Positions 10,441 to 24,606 of a DNA stretch of 64,000 nt are shown here, piece after piece. This DNA comes from Lepidodermella squamata (taxonomy: Eukaryota > Animalia > Gastrotricha), in NCBI GenBank assembly GCA_047495785.1, contig JBLDXI010000046.1, positions 1,612,001 to 1,676,000 of the forward strand, written 5' to 3'. The notes under the pieces were generated by a model. That model did no database searches. It had not been told where the DNA came from and saw only the letters and a program-made list of their open reading frames with translations. How positions within the stretch are numbered: the first letter of the stretch is position 1; the number at the start of each line of letters is the position of its first letter. The position numbers and the translations under genes were made by a program.

Positions 10441-11114
10441 CGGCTCGTCTCAAGTTATCGAAATGATTGCTTGAGTGAGCGATTCATGCAATACGTGTGC
10501 ATATTGCTGTTCTAACGGCCGTTTCGCATGAATAAATGATGCAACGGGCCCAGCATCCCAGTTGTTAGGTAAGAAAATCGATGGTTAACGACAAATTAAG
10601 GTGCGATGGTGGGAACTAAAATGCTCAATTAAACACATTTACCGCTATTTCCCAAGTTTAATTATGTAAGATCTAATAGCTTCATTTCGAGAGACTGCAT
10701 CTATACATTGTAATGAATTATAAAAACAAGCGGTTCCAACATGAATCCAATTTATTATTGAGTACGTAATATTATTAGCTATAAAACATTTATTAGAGGT
10801 AAAACGAATTGCTGATGTGCTGGCAATCAATATGAACATTCAATGCCTAATATTTTAAACGAATGTTTAATTTTTTGTGAGAATGATTTCCATGCCATTT
10901 ACAATTAATTGGTCTGGTAAATGAAATTAAATAATCAATTAAGAATAAAGAATAAAGAATACATGCTGGAATTCAGCAAGCAGATGATTAAGCAGCCTTG
11001 GCGATGAGAAAAAAATAAGTATATTGTTGCATTTTTTGTGGTCGTCCTGCGGCCACTCAATTCGCGTACCCAGCACTATTTTCCAGATTTTTTTCAAAAA
11101 AATTGTTATATGTA

Positions 11115-11304
11115 CCGTATTTGTTCCTACAGCAGCCCGGGCTACTAAAATTTCAACCTCGATATTTTGAAAATTAGAATCAAATAATTGTTAATGAATC
11201 GTTCGTTTTTGATGTTTTCGAACCGACTTGACACTGGGCTACTATTATTAGGGATGAGCGATTATTAGTGTATGGGCTACTATTGGAACTTAGAACAAAT
11301 ACGG
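11115..11304. mobile_element. Tc1/mariner/pogo-type MITE (190 bp)
   Basis: TA|CCGTATTTGTTC...GAACAAATACGG|TA; internal GGGCTACT repeats. Confidence 0.75.
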
Positions 11305-11472
11305 TATTTCTTTTTTAATTTTATAATATATCCAGCGGGTCCAAAATGATAAGTACTCTCCATTAAAATTGAGGTTCGAGCACTAAATTCTTCCGATTTA
11401 TAGCGATCTCGGGTCACAGATTTATTCAGCTGTAATTTAACAAATTTACCGCTAAAAATTTTGAAAAATATA

Positions 11473-11577
11473 TAGGGTGGCCACAAAAAGCAGTAGGGGC
11501 GAGGTTCATTGATTGGAGTGCGCATTAATTGAAGAATTTGAAATCAATGAACTTCGCGGCCTTTTGTGGCCACCCTG
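11473..11577. mobile_element. Small palindromic MITE relic
   Basis: AGGGTGGCCACAAAA...TTTTGTGGCCACCCTG plus inner GTTCATTGATT/AATCAATGAAC arms; TSD not intact. Confidence 0.55.
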
Positions 11578-11874
11578 AATAGGCTCAAGAATAAACTGAT
11601 CGCGCAAAATTCGAATGTTAGTAAGATCTAGCCATCGGGCATCATGGAAATTGAAATTGAGATTTTTTAGGAAATATAGCTCTGGAATACCATTGCCGCG
11701 TGTGTAAATTAGCAAATTTAGCTCTGGAACCTTAAATTTAGAGCTGGAACCCCAAATTAAATATATGGATGACAAGCCGAACAACTATTTTCTAAATATT
11801 AGAAAATCCTCGACTATTTCGACCTGTTTTTCTATGCTAAAATATTTAGTGCTGGGCTGTTCAAATTTCGGAAA

Positions 11875-14322
11875 TTAAAACGCCTCCAGGATAACATCGA
11901 CCATCTCATCGATGAAAGGACGCGGGCGGTTGTTTGGGCTGTAAGGCGGCGGCCAGTGAAAGAGCCCAGCATTCACGTCGGCGATGTTCCAAGATGCCGC
12001 AAATTCGCAGCAGACAACACTGCAAACCGGCCGGACAATGGAGGTGGCGAGGTTGAGGGCGCGTTGCTTGAACGGCCGCATGGCGAAGCAGCGAATGTCC
12101 TGTTCAAGCAGCACGGCGTCGAGGATGATGGTCAGCTGGCGCCAGCGCATCCTGCCGACCGGTTCGCCGTACATGCGATCGATGTAGGCCCGGCCGGCGG
12201 TGGTGACGCTGTCGGAGAGGCGCGTCAGCATGGTGACAGTGCGCGGTGACAGCCCGGCGTCGCGGCGTAGTGAGCGGCAGAAAATTAGCGACATTAGGAA
12301 GGCGAATTCGGGCGGGGCCGGTTTCCATATCTGGATGGCAGTCACGATTTGCTGCGCACACTCCATCATAGACTGTAAATTCAATCGAAATATTTAAAAT
12401 TATTGAAAGAAGCTCAGTACAGCAGCAACATTCAGACATTCAGAACTCGCTTTGAAATTGATTTTTCACGTCTAGTACGGAGAATTTTGGCACGGAGATT
12501 GAGCAATTTACAGGTTAACATTCCAGAGAAACTTGGAACAATTTTCTATGAATTTTCGCATCACTATTATTGTTGTTCCAGTAACAAATTCATGACCTAC
12601 ATCGTGTCCCATAAGTAAGTTGTGCGGCCATTTTTTAATTTTGCAATTTTTTTAGAAAATTTAATTTATTTATTTTTTCAATTAAACCTAAGAGGAGAAG
12701 CTTGCGTCAGCGATTTTAACGAAGAAATTCAACATTTACCGGAGAGAACCCGGAGTACCCCTTTCGGTAATTTTCGGTATTTTACCTGGTTGGAAACAAT
12801 TTCCCAGGATTTTTTAATTCCACTGACATGTGACATTCTTGATTACATGGATTTAATGGCATTTTGAATTTTTTTATGATTTTTCTGGCCATGAGATGTG
12901 ACTCAGCTTCTCATTTCTTCTTATCTTTCTGATCCCTTCTCCGTAAGTTCTTCGTTTGTGTTAATTATGTACCCATTTTATGCGCGATTTGGAAATTTTC
13001 CCACCTTGGCCGATAAAGACGCCCCAGGGATCAGCTATCTGACGCCATCAGGTAACTCGAATAATTTTCAATCCCCAACCTCTGATATCGGGAAAAAGTC
13101 ACTGATTGATAAATTCGAAAACGGGAATTGATATCGGAAAATTTGAAGGAGAGTTTTGACTAAGCTTTGTGAAAGTAGAATTCTTGGCCGTACAGCTATT
13201 CACATGTTCCTCGCTTTTGAAGTAACTAATATGGATAGAGAAAATAGAGCAACTTACGCCAACTTCAGGCCACTGGGCGAGCATTCCGACGAAGAGCGAG
13301 CTGAAGGCGTGAACAACATCCGTCGTCGCAATAATGCCCGACTGGACGCAATACATCAACCAGTAAGACGCATCAATCAGCCGGCACATGTCCGCCGGTG
13401 AATCAATCTGGTCGCCTATAGAACATCCATGCAAATGATGATTCATCTTTGATATAAAGTTCTCTCAAACCTGCTAGTCTTCGAGCGAAAGGAATGTTGC
13501 CTTTGACTATGTCTTTAACCGACAATCCGATAAGTTCCCACAGCTGTTCTTGCTCGCTCGGAACGCCGCCGTGTTGCGTCAAATATTCGTAGGTGTATTT
13601 CTAAAATCGATAAAAGGAATTACTATTTCAGTATAAAATCGAATTTACGTATTGAGCGGCGACATATTCGCGGTTGGCTTCCATAATCTGGCGCAGGGTG
13701 CCCTGAAGCTCCTGAATATCGAAATTCTGCGGCTCGAGCGGAAACCTGCCCGGGCCTCCCATGATACGCCGCCTAACCTCAACCCGCGTCTGTAACCTCC
13801 GAACTTCTTCCAGCGTATCGTTCTGGAAGAGCCGAAGTAAAAAATAATCGAAATTTTGGAAAACGGTTGAAATTTACGTTTATTTTAGCCTGTGGAGCAG
13901 CCGTCGTGTCGTTTCCGCTCTCCGCTGACGGTCGCTTGCCGCCGAGCGTGAGCATTTTCTCGAGTCGACATTTCGAACACGGCCTAGGCTCCGTCAAATC
14001 GCACAGTTGGTAATTGAGAGGCCGGCCGACCCGGCACGACAGTTGATCGAGAGTCACTAGAGCGTGGCGTTGCCAAAATTTCTGGTGGAAAAAGGTTAAT
14101 AAGAATTAAATCACGACTATCATTTTGTTACCTGGCAAGATCGGCAAGTGAGGACATTGAAATAGTAACCAGCCGCCTCACGGTTGCATATCTAGAATTG
14201 AATTTTTTTGTGAGAAATTAATAAAAATTGCAAAAAATAACCTGGCAACGGCGGAGAAAGACGCCACTCGAACTGTTATCCGAGTTGCTACTGCTGCTAC
14301 CAGCTGCTTCGCTATTAGCCAT
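11875..14322 (-). CDS. Divergent nuclear hormone receptor (C4 zinc-finger DBD + LBD), 7 exons
   Basis: Spliced DBD: CQ|ICNREAAGYYFNVLTCRSCQ|KFWQRH...SCRVGRPLNYQLCDLTEPRPCSKCRLEKMLTLG (exons 14322-14242, 14191-14132, 14081-~13878). LBD: FARRLAG|DQIDSPADMCRLI (H3-H4), PEFAFLMSLIFC...GLS (H8), RWRQL (H10), AF-2-like FIDEMVD. All introns are GT-AG and in frame. Confidence 0.85.
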
Positions 14323-15228
14323 AACAATCGAGTAAAAAAGCTCTATTTTTTCGAAAAAAATAACCATATAAACGCGGCAAAGTTGCCTGTGATGGCCACA
14401 AATAGTAATGTAAGCTGATATTTTTTCACCTCGAAATCGATTATTAGTCGGTGGCCACGAATCAAATTACTAACTTACAATAAGGCGTCATCATCTGAAA
14501 ACTGACAAATTAGATATATCTCACCCGTCCCAACTATATCGAAATCGCATGAGCAATTTTCTTATTCGATTTTGGACATTTTTTAAATAAAAATCAAACA
14601 TAATTCACTGCAGTCATACAAAAATAATTTAACTATGCTATTATGGTGAAAAAATTGGCTGATAAACATGAATATAATATTATCAGCAGCTGCATGGACT
14701 GGCCAGCGGTCACAATACACTGAAATACAAGTGGGCGATATGGCGCGGGTAGTGTTTGTTGTTTGCTCAATATTATTTAGCCCGCCCCGGCGGTTTCAAG
14801 TTCGCGGAAAAACACCGGCGGTATAAATAATAATCGAGTAATACAGCCGTGATTCCGCATAGCGCACCGTATCTGCTGGCTCAGTGCAGCATGGAGGCAG
14901 ACAACTCCAGTATGAATCGCCGAGAGAGCATCGAAATATATACCTATTCTCAAGGCTTCTGTCATATACTAGGTAGTAGAAGATTGAGCGAGAAAGTTAA
15001 GAGTTCTGGTATGGCTTTGTTGCGCGTTACGAGCGCGTAAAATTTAACGCGCGCCATTTATCTCCTGTGTCACATAAGTGCGTGTCGTCATCCGCCTGCG
15101 GTAGAACAGTTGCAGTTCGTGACCTGTTCACCTTGTGTTGAGATATCAATTGCTATTTTTAGCTCAAATGTAGCCGCATAACCACAGTGGAACTCACAGG
15201 GGCGATGCCGCTTTCATACTGCATGAAG

Positions 15229-16016
15229 CTTGGAGGAATAGACATGGAGTGAGCACGACCCAATTAACGAGATCATATCACGCGCACAACGGGGCGCTCG
15301 CCGCTCGACTCGCGCGCGCGCTATTTTTAGTCCTGTATCAGGCAATGCAAATTGCATATTGAATTGTTTGTGAATAATGGTAATTCGGATTTCGATGCAC
15401 TTTTTTTTATTAGATGGGTTTGTTCACGAGGATTCAGCAAAAATTGGAATTATTCCGATATCATGCACGGTTATTGAGCTATGTTGCGCCCGCCCGCGCG
15501 CTATTTTTAACGCCCTCATCACCCCATGCAAATATTTTATGAATTGTTTCTCAATAACGGTAACTCAGAATGAATCGCACTTTTTTAATGAAATACTCAT
15601 TATCTCGAGGAGAACCTGAAGAAATTGAAATTATTTTGATGTCATTAACTGTTCTTAAGTTATATCGAAAATAAGAAAAAATTATAGGCATTTTGGTTGA
15701 ATTTTTTTATAAGACTGGTAATTTTGTCGGAAAATCTAAAACCGCCGATGCATAGCCCGCAGCTCGAATTATGTCAAGAAATTGGCCTAAAGTCTTGCAT
15801 AATTCCCGTTACAATGCAACTGATGGAATAAAATGGCAAAAAGTGTAAAATCAGTCATTTTTGACGCGCGCTACGACTCAGGCGCGCGCTCATTGGACAA
15901 CGAGGGGTGTTACGTGCGCACATTCGACCGGACATCACGCTGCGCCACTTGCCCTTTGTCCACTGATAGTGAGCGATGATAAAGGGCCGTGCTGACTCCA
16001 TGTCTATTCCTCCAAG
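15229..16016. mobile_element. Non-autonomous TIR element (788 bp), 8-bp TSD (P-element/hAT-type)
   Basis: TIR CTTGGAGGAATAGACATGGAGT(G/C)AGCACG; TSD GCATGAAG at 15221-15228 and 16017-16024. Confidence 0.85.
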
Positions 16017-16494
16017 GCATGAAGTGTAGATTGCCTACCTGTACACGCATTTCGAGAGTGTAATGCCTAATATGAGCAATAAAACTCGCGGCGAATGAGT
16101 ACTATTAAAAGTAACCAATGCGTAACGACAGCGCAAAATGGGCTCCATTGTGCACTAAATTGAACTTATGATTAATTTTACAGAAATCAGTTAACAATAT
16201 GGATATGGTTTTGTCGCGTTTTTCAAACACAAAAAAGCATGAAATAAAAAGTAGATGCATATCCGCTAAAAGAGGCCAAGTCTGCATTAGACTAAATTCC
16301 ACAGAAAAATAAGGTCCTCTTATTACCGGTATCAAATTTACCGTGGGCGGATCCAAATTTTGCTGATTTGGCCTTAAACCCCTTTTCAGAACTTCCAAAG
16401 ATGTTATTATAAACCGTCGTCATTCTAAATAAATTATTTTTGAATTCAGCGTAAAATTCTACGCAAGACGTAGTGTTCAGTTTAGAAATTATAC

Positions 16495-16640
16495 GTTGCC
16501 TCAAATTCGTATAGGTAAATATTTAAAAATCAAACTTTGGCACATTTTTTTAGTTAGGTTCCGCATTGTGCAAATTTGGTTCCGCCACAGAAAATTAGAT
16601 TTCGCTCGCCGTAACTTTGGTTCCGCTGAAAGATATTCTG
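16495..16640. repeat. Dispersed repeat with ~20-bp AAATTTGGTTCCGC subrepeats (related copy at ~48260-48396)
   Basis: Both copies share AAATTCGTATA...TTGGCA...(TT[GA]GTTCCGC)n...AAAGATATTC. Confidence 0.6.
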
Positions 16641-16969
16641 GAAAAAATAGTACAAGAAATTTTTCATCATCAAATCAAGCTGAATTCGAAAAATTTCAAA
16701 TGGTGCGCTAGGCTCCTCAACTCTAAAATTTGTATTCGAGACGAGGAGCTTTTCTTAGTCAATTTCAATCATCAATCATCAGTTTGATGGAACAATCGAA
16801 CAATCGGGTCAGCTTGCAGCCGATACTTCAGATGAGTCGGATGCGACATTTTCATTTTGTTTAGCTAACATGTTAACCTGAATTCGCGTCTCGAGAAGTT
16901 TACCTATTATATTAGCTAAGCTTTCAATTTTTCTTGAAAAATAAAGTAGTGATTTGTTGCGGGATTATC

Positions 16970-19295
16970 GGAAAAGTGTTAGTTCATACAGGGTACTTCA
17001 TACAGTGATAATTTCATACAAAACCAGTAGTAACTCGTACATTATTTCCGTGATATTTTCATGACATTTTTCTGATTTTTTCGTGACTTTCTCATACGAA
17101 AAAAAATACCAACGAAAATCGTGATAGTTTCTTACTTTATTCTTCTACCAACGAAAATCGTGATAATTTCATACTTTATTTTCTCTACAACCCGAAAACA
17201 GATTTAACCGTTAATCATCATCTTTATCACCATTATTATCATCTTCACTTTCACCCTCAGGATCAACAAAGTCCAAAGGGGCCAGTTCGCGAAAGTCTTC
17301 TTTCGCCTTTGGCTTCTTCTCCTTGAGTTGAGAAAGCGCATCGGAAAGCGCATCCAAGAACTCAATTGGAGTAAGCTTGTTCTGATCGAACTCGTCCCAG
17401 CGCAGTTTGATCAAGTTCGATATTTTTGCATAAAGCTTGATTCCGGAGCTAGCCGGCTTGTAGGTGTTTGCGGTGATTTGGTCGATAACAACTCGAGAAT
17501 CGTTTTCTAGCTCGAGCATAGAATTCGGAAAGCGCCAGACATTAGGGTGACTCACTCCAACCTTCGTGTTAATCTTGTTGTTGTTGCCTTCTGCAAAGTT
17601 GTTAGTGCGAAATTCCTTTCGATAAACACAAAATCTCTCCTCGGTTACAACTTTAAACCAATACGAATCGATGTACTCGAAAAATTTCTTCAAATTTTCG
17701 GATTGGTCGATAAGGGGTTGGGCGCCAAACCAGATTAAATCAAAAGCGGGTCTCGTGTGATCCATAGGCAGCAGATGAATGGCCATTATACGGCGAACGA
17801 TGCGATGAATTTCGCCTTCCACCAGAAGATAATCGGTCCATAGACCGTTCTCATGCACCCATTTCAAAACGGCTTGGCAGTAATGAAAATGACACCCTGC
17901 TATGTCGCAGAGGAAAACCAGAGCCAAGGCATTCATCATGCCAAGTTCATAGTCGCAAGTTGTTAGCGGTTGCGTGATTGATGGAACTAGATTGAGCATC
18001 TCGCCTGAGCTAAGCTGATCGAACCATTTGGCGACGGTTTTCGGCTTCTTCGGTTGACAGCGATCGAAGTGCTGGTAAAGCGTCCGCTTGCAATTCTCGT
18101 AGCAAGGAATAGCAGTGACTAGTTTCGACCGTTCTAAACCATGATCTTCGCCAAAGTCCAACATCTTCCCGACCTTGTCGTTGTATACATCGTGAACAGA
18201 CTTGCCTTTTTCTGTTCTGATCGCCGATTTTATCCAGTACATAACGACATAGCTCAGGCCGGCGTAGTAGTTCGGAACATCATCGTGACGACCTTCAACT
18301 CCGACGACTTCCGTCCCATCAGCATTCAAGACCAAACCAGCTTTCGAACAACGCATGCAGCGGAAACCACATCGATCATCGATCCAGTTGTAGAGGTGAC
18401 CCTTGCTGAACCATACCTTGTTGCCGCGAGTACTGCCTATGAAGTAATTGGGAATCTCTTCAGGCTTTTTCTTCGCCGGAGCGGCTTGAGTAGCTTGAGT
18501 AGCAGATGAGGTAGTCGGCACCGGTGGCGGCGGAGGCGGAGCTTGCATAGCCGCAGTTGGCTGCATCCATCTCATGAACTGAGCGAACTGTTGAAACATT
18601 GGCTGGAACATGGTTTGATCAGGGGCGGCGAGGCGGGCAGGAGTAGACGAGACGCTTGGCATGAACGAGTTGTTCATGTTGAAGGTGACATCGTTCTGTG
18701 AGAATGAAGAGACTAAGGATGAGGCCATGGGAATAGAGTCCTCGAACTCCATTGCAACTGAAGTTTGGCGGCTCATTGCCGGCGTAGAAGATGTAGACGC
18801 CGGTGTGGCATTTCCTACTATACAGCGACTTATTAGCTACAAATTTTACTCATTGGGCCGGCTATTTACCTGGATGCATCTTCGTCTTGTGAATCTTCAA
18901 GCCGCGCTCAGTGGGGCAATCCTTACCGCATACGTCGCATACGATAAACAAAGACAGTAAATGCCGTAAGATTGAGAAAAGCATGGTAGCGAGTAAGTAG
19001 CAATTAAGAGGTATTAAGCTGGATTATGGTTCCTGAGCCGCTTTATAGCTCGTTTAACACGCGTTTCATTTACATCTCCCGCCTTTTCGGTATGAAATTA
19101 TCACGATTTCATGAGTTAAAATCAATAATCCTTGTTTTGTACGAAATAATCACGATTTCCACTGATATTTACGAAAAATCATTGTCCGGATTGACACTGT
19201 ATGAAATAGTCACGATTTAATGTAAAAATGTATGAAATTATCACTGTATGAAATTATCACTGTTTGAAATACCCTGTATGAAGTAACACCGATTC
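16970..19295 (-). mobile_element. Mutator-like (MULE) DNA transposon, copy 2 (intergenic, ~5.3 kb upstream of FoxB)
   Basis: Same termini as copy 1; 7-bp TSD GATTATC at 16963-16969 and 19296-19302; identical 521-aa ORF. Confidence 0.93.
17211..18984 (-). CDS. MULE transposase-derived protein, copy 2
   Basis: Exons 18984-18870 and 18814-17211; protein identical to copy 1 in the ORF track. Confidence 0.85.
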
Positions 19296-22200
19296 GATTA
19301 TCTGTTGTTTTTTCGTGGAAATCACAGCCGTCCGTGAATTCATTAAGGCGGCTGAGTTTTTGTTGCGGTGGCGGCGATTGAAACGCGAACAACATTCGGC
19401 GCGTAATTGCGTTGTTTTTTCTTTTATTTATCAATTATAAGCAGGTGTTTGTGTACAAGAAATGCAAGAAAACACGCCCGGCTGTGTATATGTGTGTATA
19501 ATAAGTAATGGCAACATATCATCTTGTAAAAGGCTTTCCATGCTCATATATTAGCCCGTCGGCTCTCTAAATATATTTGTAAAAATAATAACAATAATAG
19601 GCAGTAATTAATAATAATACGCAAATGAATTTATCGCCGGCGTGTCGAGAAGCAAAACAAAACTGCTGGGCAAACAATGCGCACGAGCAAAAACGCGCCC
19701 GTATCATCGACATTACTTATTTATGGCTACATTTAGTGTTTTAAGGTGGCCGCTGCCATCACGTAAAAAGTCTAAATTGTTTTTGCGCGCGCGCTCTCGC
19801 TCGCTCTTGTGAATTTTTGCAATAATATATTAATTCGCCCGGCTAATTGTGCGCGCGCTCTGTTGTTATTTTGTTGCTCCCTCTCTACAGCATGATATTT
19901 GCGTTGGAAATTATATACTTTTATAGTTTTTATTGTTTCACAATCACCGCCGCAATCGGAACAGGTCGCGCCTGTTATGTTTATTCACTTATTACCTATG
20001 GTCTCGGAAATTTTTATTGCTATATACCCCTCTCGGGTCCATGAAGTGTAAATATACACATATACTATAAATATATACCGCGCGCGTAAAATAATCGCAA
20101 GGCAACAAAAACACACGTATATACATTGTAATCTTGCGAGCTGATAATACTCAATCCTAATATCGTTGGGTGTTTACAATTTCGACCCATAGGCCAATTG
20201 GTAGAGTAATAATAATAATAACAATATTAGAGCACGGTGCGTGCGCAAAAAGAGAGCGACGAACACGCAGAAAAACAAACAAGCCCCGCCCGCTTAAAAA
20301 TGGTTTCATTGTTATGTTGTATTACGGCAGCAAAAGTGCCTGTTTTCATTATTTTTCTGTTGTCTAACCCATTATTTTATTATCATCATCACACACCGCC
20401 GCCGCTGCTGCTAAAACCCCACCCAACACTCCTCGTCACCGCCTATTTTTATTAATAATTTAAACACCCGGCATAATGTTATCATCTTTCGGGTGTCTAA
20501 TTTTGTTGGGTTTTAAACTTTTTTTTTGCAAAACACACCGCGCAAATATTTTCGATTTTTTAATTACTGAAATTCAACACCGCGACCTGGCAATCAGAGA
20601 CGAAGTGAATTTGTTTTTTTTTGTGGATTCGCGCACAGCTCATCACGGAAAAAATACCTAAGATTTTTTCTAGACGCTTCTACAACTTCTCAAATTTCAA
20701 CAGGAAATCTTCGCGCATTTTGTCGCCAGATTCGAGGCCGTGACCCCTCGCAGGTGTCGCGTTACATTGCGCGCGTGCGTAATTTGTTTGTTTTTTCTAG
20801 CGCGTTTTTTCAACTTGCTAACAGAAATCTTCTAGAAGCTTCCCCGCTCAATTTATATACCTGTGCCCTATTTGTTCAGTCGATCATTAAACACACAGTT
20901 TAAATTAATTTTTTTGATTGAAAAAACATACATGTCATTCTTTTATAATTCTGAAATAATGGACTTTCAAGAAGGACAACCTTGAAAATTTCTTATGAAA
21001 GCAAATAACTGGGTGATTTTACGATAGTGCAAATAACGCAATTTTATTTTATTGCTTCGGACGGATTTGACCCATTTTCCGGCTATCATTGTGACTAGGC
21101 TGGTTTTTATTTCACGTGTATGGCGATGACCAGCTGGTCATCGGGCGCGCACGAGCCACACACAGACGTAGACATCTCTATGTAAATACGTTGATGCTAA
21201 AAACAGATAACCCAGTTTTTTTTGTTTGCGTTCGACTTTTGCCACAATTCGAAGGCTGGGAGCGCCATTTCATGACACGCGACGTGTCCAAAACACGAGC
21301 ATGTTTGTTTTCTCAGTAGTCTCGTAAAATTGGATCATTTTATTTGTTTTATTTTTGTGATAAACTATTTAAGATTTTTTGAATAATTTTTATTAGGGGT
21401 GTAAAAGACTTTTCGCATTATTTATTCCGCGGCTTAATTTAGCGCCGCGTAAAAAATTCTGCGGGTTTTATTATATCTACGTCTTTTTCTGACTTTTGTT
21501 GACGTATGGAAAGTGAATGTTTTATGATGCGGCGATCTTGCCACTTTGCGCGCTCGCAAAAAGCGACGACAGCGCGCATCATTTTTCCGCTGTTATTATT
21601 TTGTAAATATGTGTAAACAATCGTCGTCATTTTTCGCGGATAGTTTATTTATAGTCAGCGGCTTAGGGCCGCGCCGTTTCGATCTCACTCACTCGCTCGC
21701 TTTTTCGCGTTTATCATCATTTGCTAATGCTGAAAATGGGCAACATTCGATTCGAGGCGCACTTGATACTTGCAATTTGTACACACCCTCCTAATATCAT
21801 TTAAGCCAACATATATAGCAGACTAGACACGGCCGTGTGTGTGTGTTTGTTTCTTGACTGACATCATAAGAATATAACTGCGCGATGGCTTGTTTATTTT
21901 TACAGCCATTAATCCCACTATGTGATGTGTCGATTTCTTACTCTTAGCGCCGCCCTATCAATAAAACACCCTGCGCGCGCTCGCTCGCTCGTGTTTTCAT
22001 TGTGTCGAGCATTAAAAACACATTCCGACCAATTTCTTACTCAATATATTGTTTTTCCGCAATTTATTATTTGTCTGTCGCCGTTTTATTTTTTGACAAC
22101 TTGTCAAATGCAATTAATTTTGTAGATTTAATTCGATCGCACTTTTTTGTTTATTCTTTTTTTCCGAGTTTCGAAAATTCGCGTAAGTCCCATCATCATC

Positions 22201-24606
22201 CTGCGTAATTGCCGCGGATTTATAACGCACCTCGAGGCGACATTTTTTCCGCTTATGTCCTGACGAGCTACTTATCAGCCACGCGAAGCCATGATAGCCC
22301 GAGAAATGTAGACACTTTTTGTGACGGGAGTATCGAAGCCTATTCGCGCCTTGACATGCGTCGATTGTTATTTTCGTTTTATTGCGGGGATAATCGCTGC
22401 CGATTAGGCCGCTAATGAGCTTTCTTGCATGATTTCCGGCTTCTTAAGACAAACGCCTAATTGAGCATAACACCGAATGAACCTGAAAAACTGTCATATT
22501 TCAGGTGGATTAAAGACTTACAGGAATAACATCGGCTTTTAGTTAATTACGTCGCGATAATCAGGTTGCACTGTAAATTGTATAAATAGGGCGGTATTTT
22601 CGCGAAAAAATCGCCTTTAGCTTTCAAAATTAATTGTGTCGCGGTTTAATAGCCGTTTAATTTCAGGCTTAAATCGCAGGGCAGCAGCTTTAAGTCGGTA
22701 TATAAAACAACATTTTTTCATCATCACTTTTAAAGTAGCAATTTCGAAGTTCATCGCGCGTCTGTTTTTTTTCTGTGAAATTTGATCTTTGCGGGTGCAG
22801 TCTCGAGTTCAGAATTTTTTTCAACGGGTTAAATTGAACCTGATACCTGGTCCCACTATGACATTTTCTGAGACATTTCTGTCTCACAGTTAATTGCGTT
22901 AATGCAGTGCGCCCCAGAAAATGCGGACCTTATATCAACCAATCAATTGACCATACCTATATAAATTAGCGGCAAATCTCGGCGCAAATTAATCAGAAAT
23001 CACCTGCTTAACTTGCGCGGGTAAATATAAGCGTAAAAACTCTGTTGTCATTTCTTCATTGTCAATATTTTAAAAAGTTGTTTATCTGCTAATATTTGCC
23101 AAATAAAGCCAGTCTCGCGTTAGTTTGTTAAAAATCGTATATTATTATTATTATTTGTATTATTTTTCGTAAATTGTATGATGTGATAATATATAAAAAG
23201 CAGTTTTTGTATTTTGGCGGATTAAATGCGCTCTCTCTCTTGCATTTTAGCTCGCATAACCACACTGGGACAAGTGACTGCGTCGAGTTCGCAACTTGTC
23301 CACGTTCGTTTTTGCGCGCTGCTCTCTTTGAAGCGCGCGCGTGTTTTACGCAGTACCGTTCGTTCCCGCCGTTGGCTGTGTTTTTGCGCGCGCGCGCAAC
23401 TTTCCGCCGCGCTGGTTTTTATGTGGGCCTTGTCTCTCTCTCGCATTCTGTCGCCATTTTTGTCGAAAAACGTATAATATTATTGTGTGCTTTTGCGATG
23501 TATACCTGTTGTTATTTTGAAACATCATCATCATCATCATCATCATCGCGCATAATCATCGCTATATCTTACTTTTTCTGCTCTGTTTTTATTCTTCAAA
23601 AATTTAATTTTTATTCGCCGCAAATTTTTGCGCGCTATTGTAGTCACCGTCTTTTCTGCGCCGTTTTCTTATAATATAATATCATTACTTATACTTCGGG
23701 TTTTATTCGCCGCTCAGGTATAATAATCGTAATTTAAATATTACCTACATTGCAAAAACGAGACAATATGCGCCGAGAGAGAGAGAGAGAGCTCATCTCT
23801 TGTTTGTTGCGCGTAAACACAAGAAAAACCAACCGCGCGTTTTCTGCGTCGACAATGCGCGACGACGACTGTGACTGCCTGCCAAATGGCCGTTATTTTG
23901 CGCGCAAAAAGAAACAGAGCGCGCGCGCGCTCACTCGCAAACACACCGTTTTATTTAATTTTATTACCTCATATACTACACACACACACTGCTGCGCATT
24001 TTTAAACAAAAACAATAATAATAAAAACAAACGAAGGCAGTTGTGGTAGTAATACTCAATATCACATGCGCGCGCGCGCGGCTAATACACCTTAATACCG
24101 CTTTCTAGCTCAGTTACCTGCTTTTTGCGCTTTTTTCCAAATATTTATTTTCATCAATTCCGCCGAGCTTCAAGCGCAGAAAATTCCGAGAGGCGAAATC
24201 GCGGCGGCGGCCGAATTATTTGGCGACCTGCGTGATACAACCTGCTACCATGTTATTGTTTTGTTCAAATATTGAAAATAATTAGCGATATACATCTGGC
24301 AAACACTTCAAGTTGCATTAAAACTTGCCGGAAGTTGCTACTTTTTCGCGTATTTTTCGGCGGGTGAACAACGCGCGGCCGGACGCTTGAACCGTGTCGT
24401 TGCCACGCCGACGCCTTGATACACAGCAACGGTCGCCATGTTTCACCGAGGGCCATTTTTGTTCGAGACTTGTTTCACTCCCCGAATAACCCACATTGCT
24501 TGTTTTTGCTATATTGTAGGAAATTATAAACAGAGAGAGAGAGATATTTTATTTTTCGGATTTATTTTTCTAAAACCCGACCGACTAAAATCAACGTTAT
24601 CGAAAC

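Noticed and set aside
445-19295. The two 2.3-kb copies as LTRs or a segmental duplication flanking a composite element
   Set aside because: Each copy has its own TIRs and its own distinct TSD, so they are independent insertions.
19847-24456. Many 60-166 aa ORFs upstream of FoxB (e.g. 23174-23674)
   Set aside because: Low-complexity, microsatellite-derived translations with no motifs or coherent splice structure.
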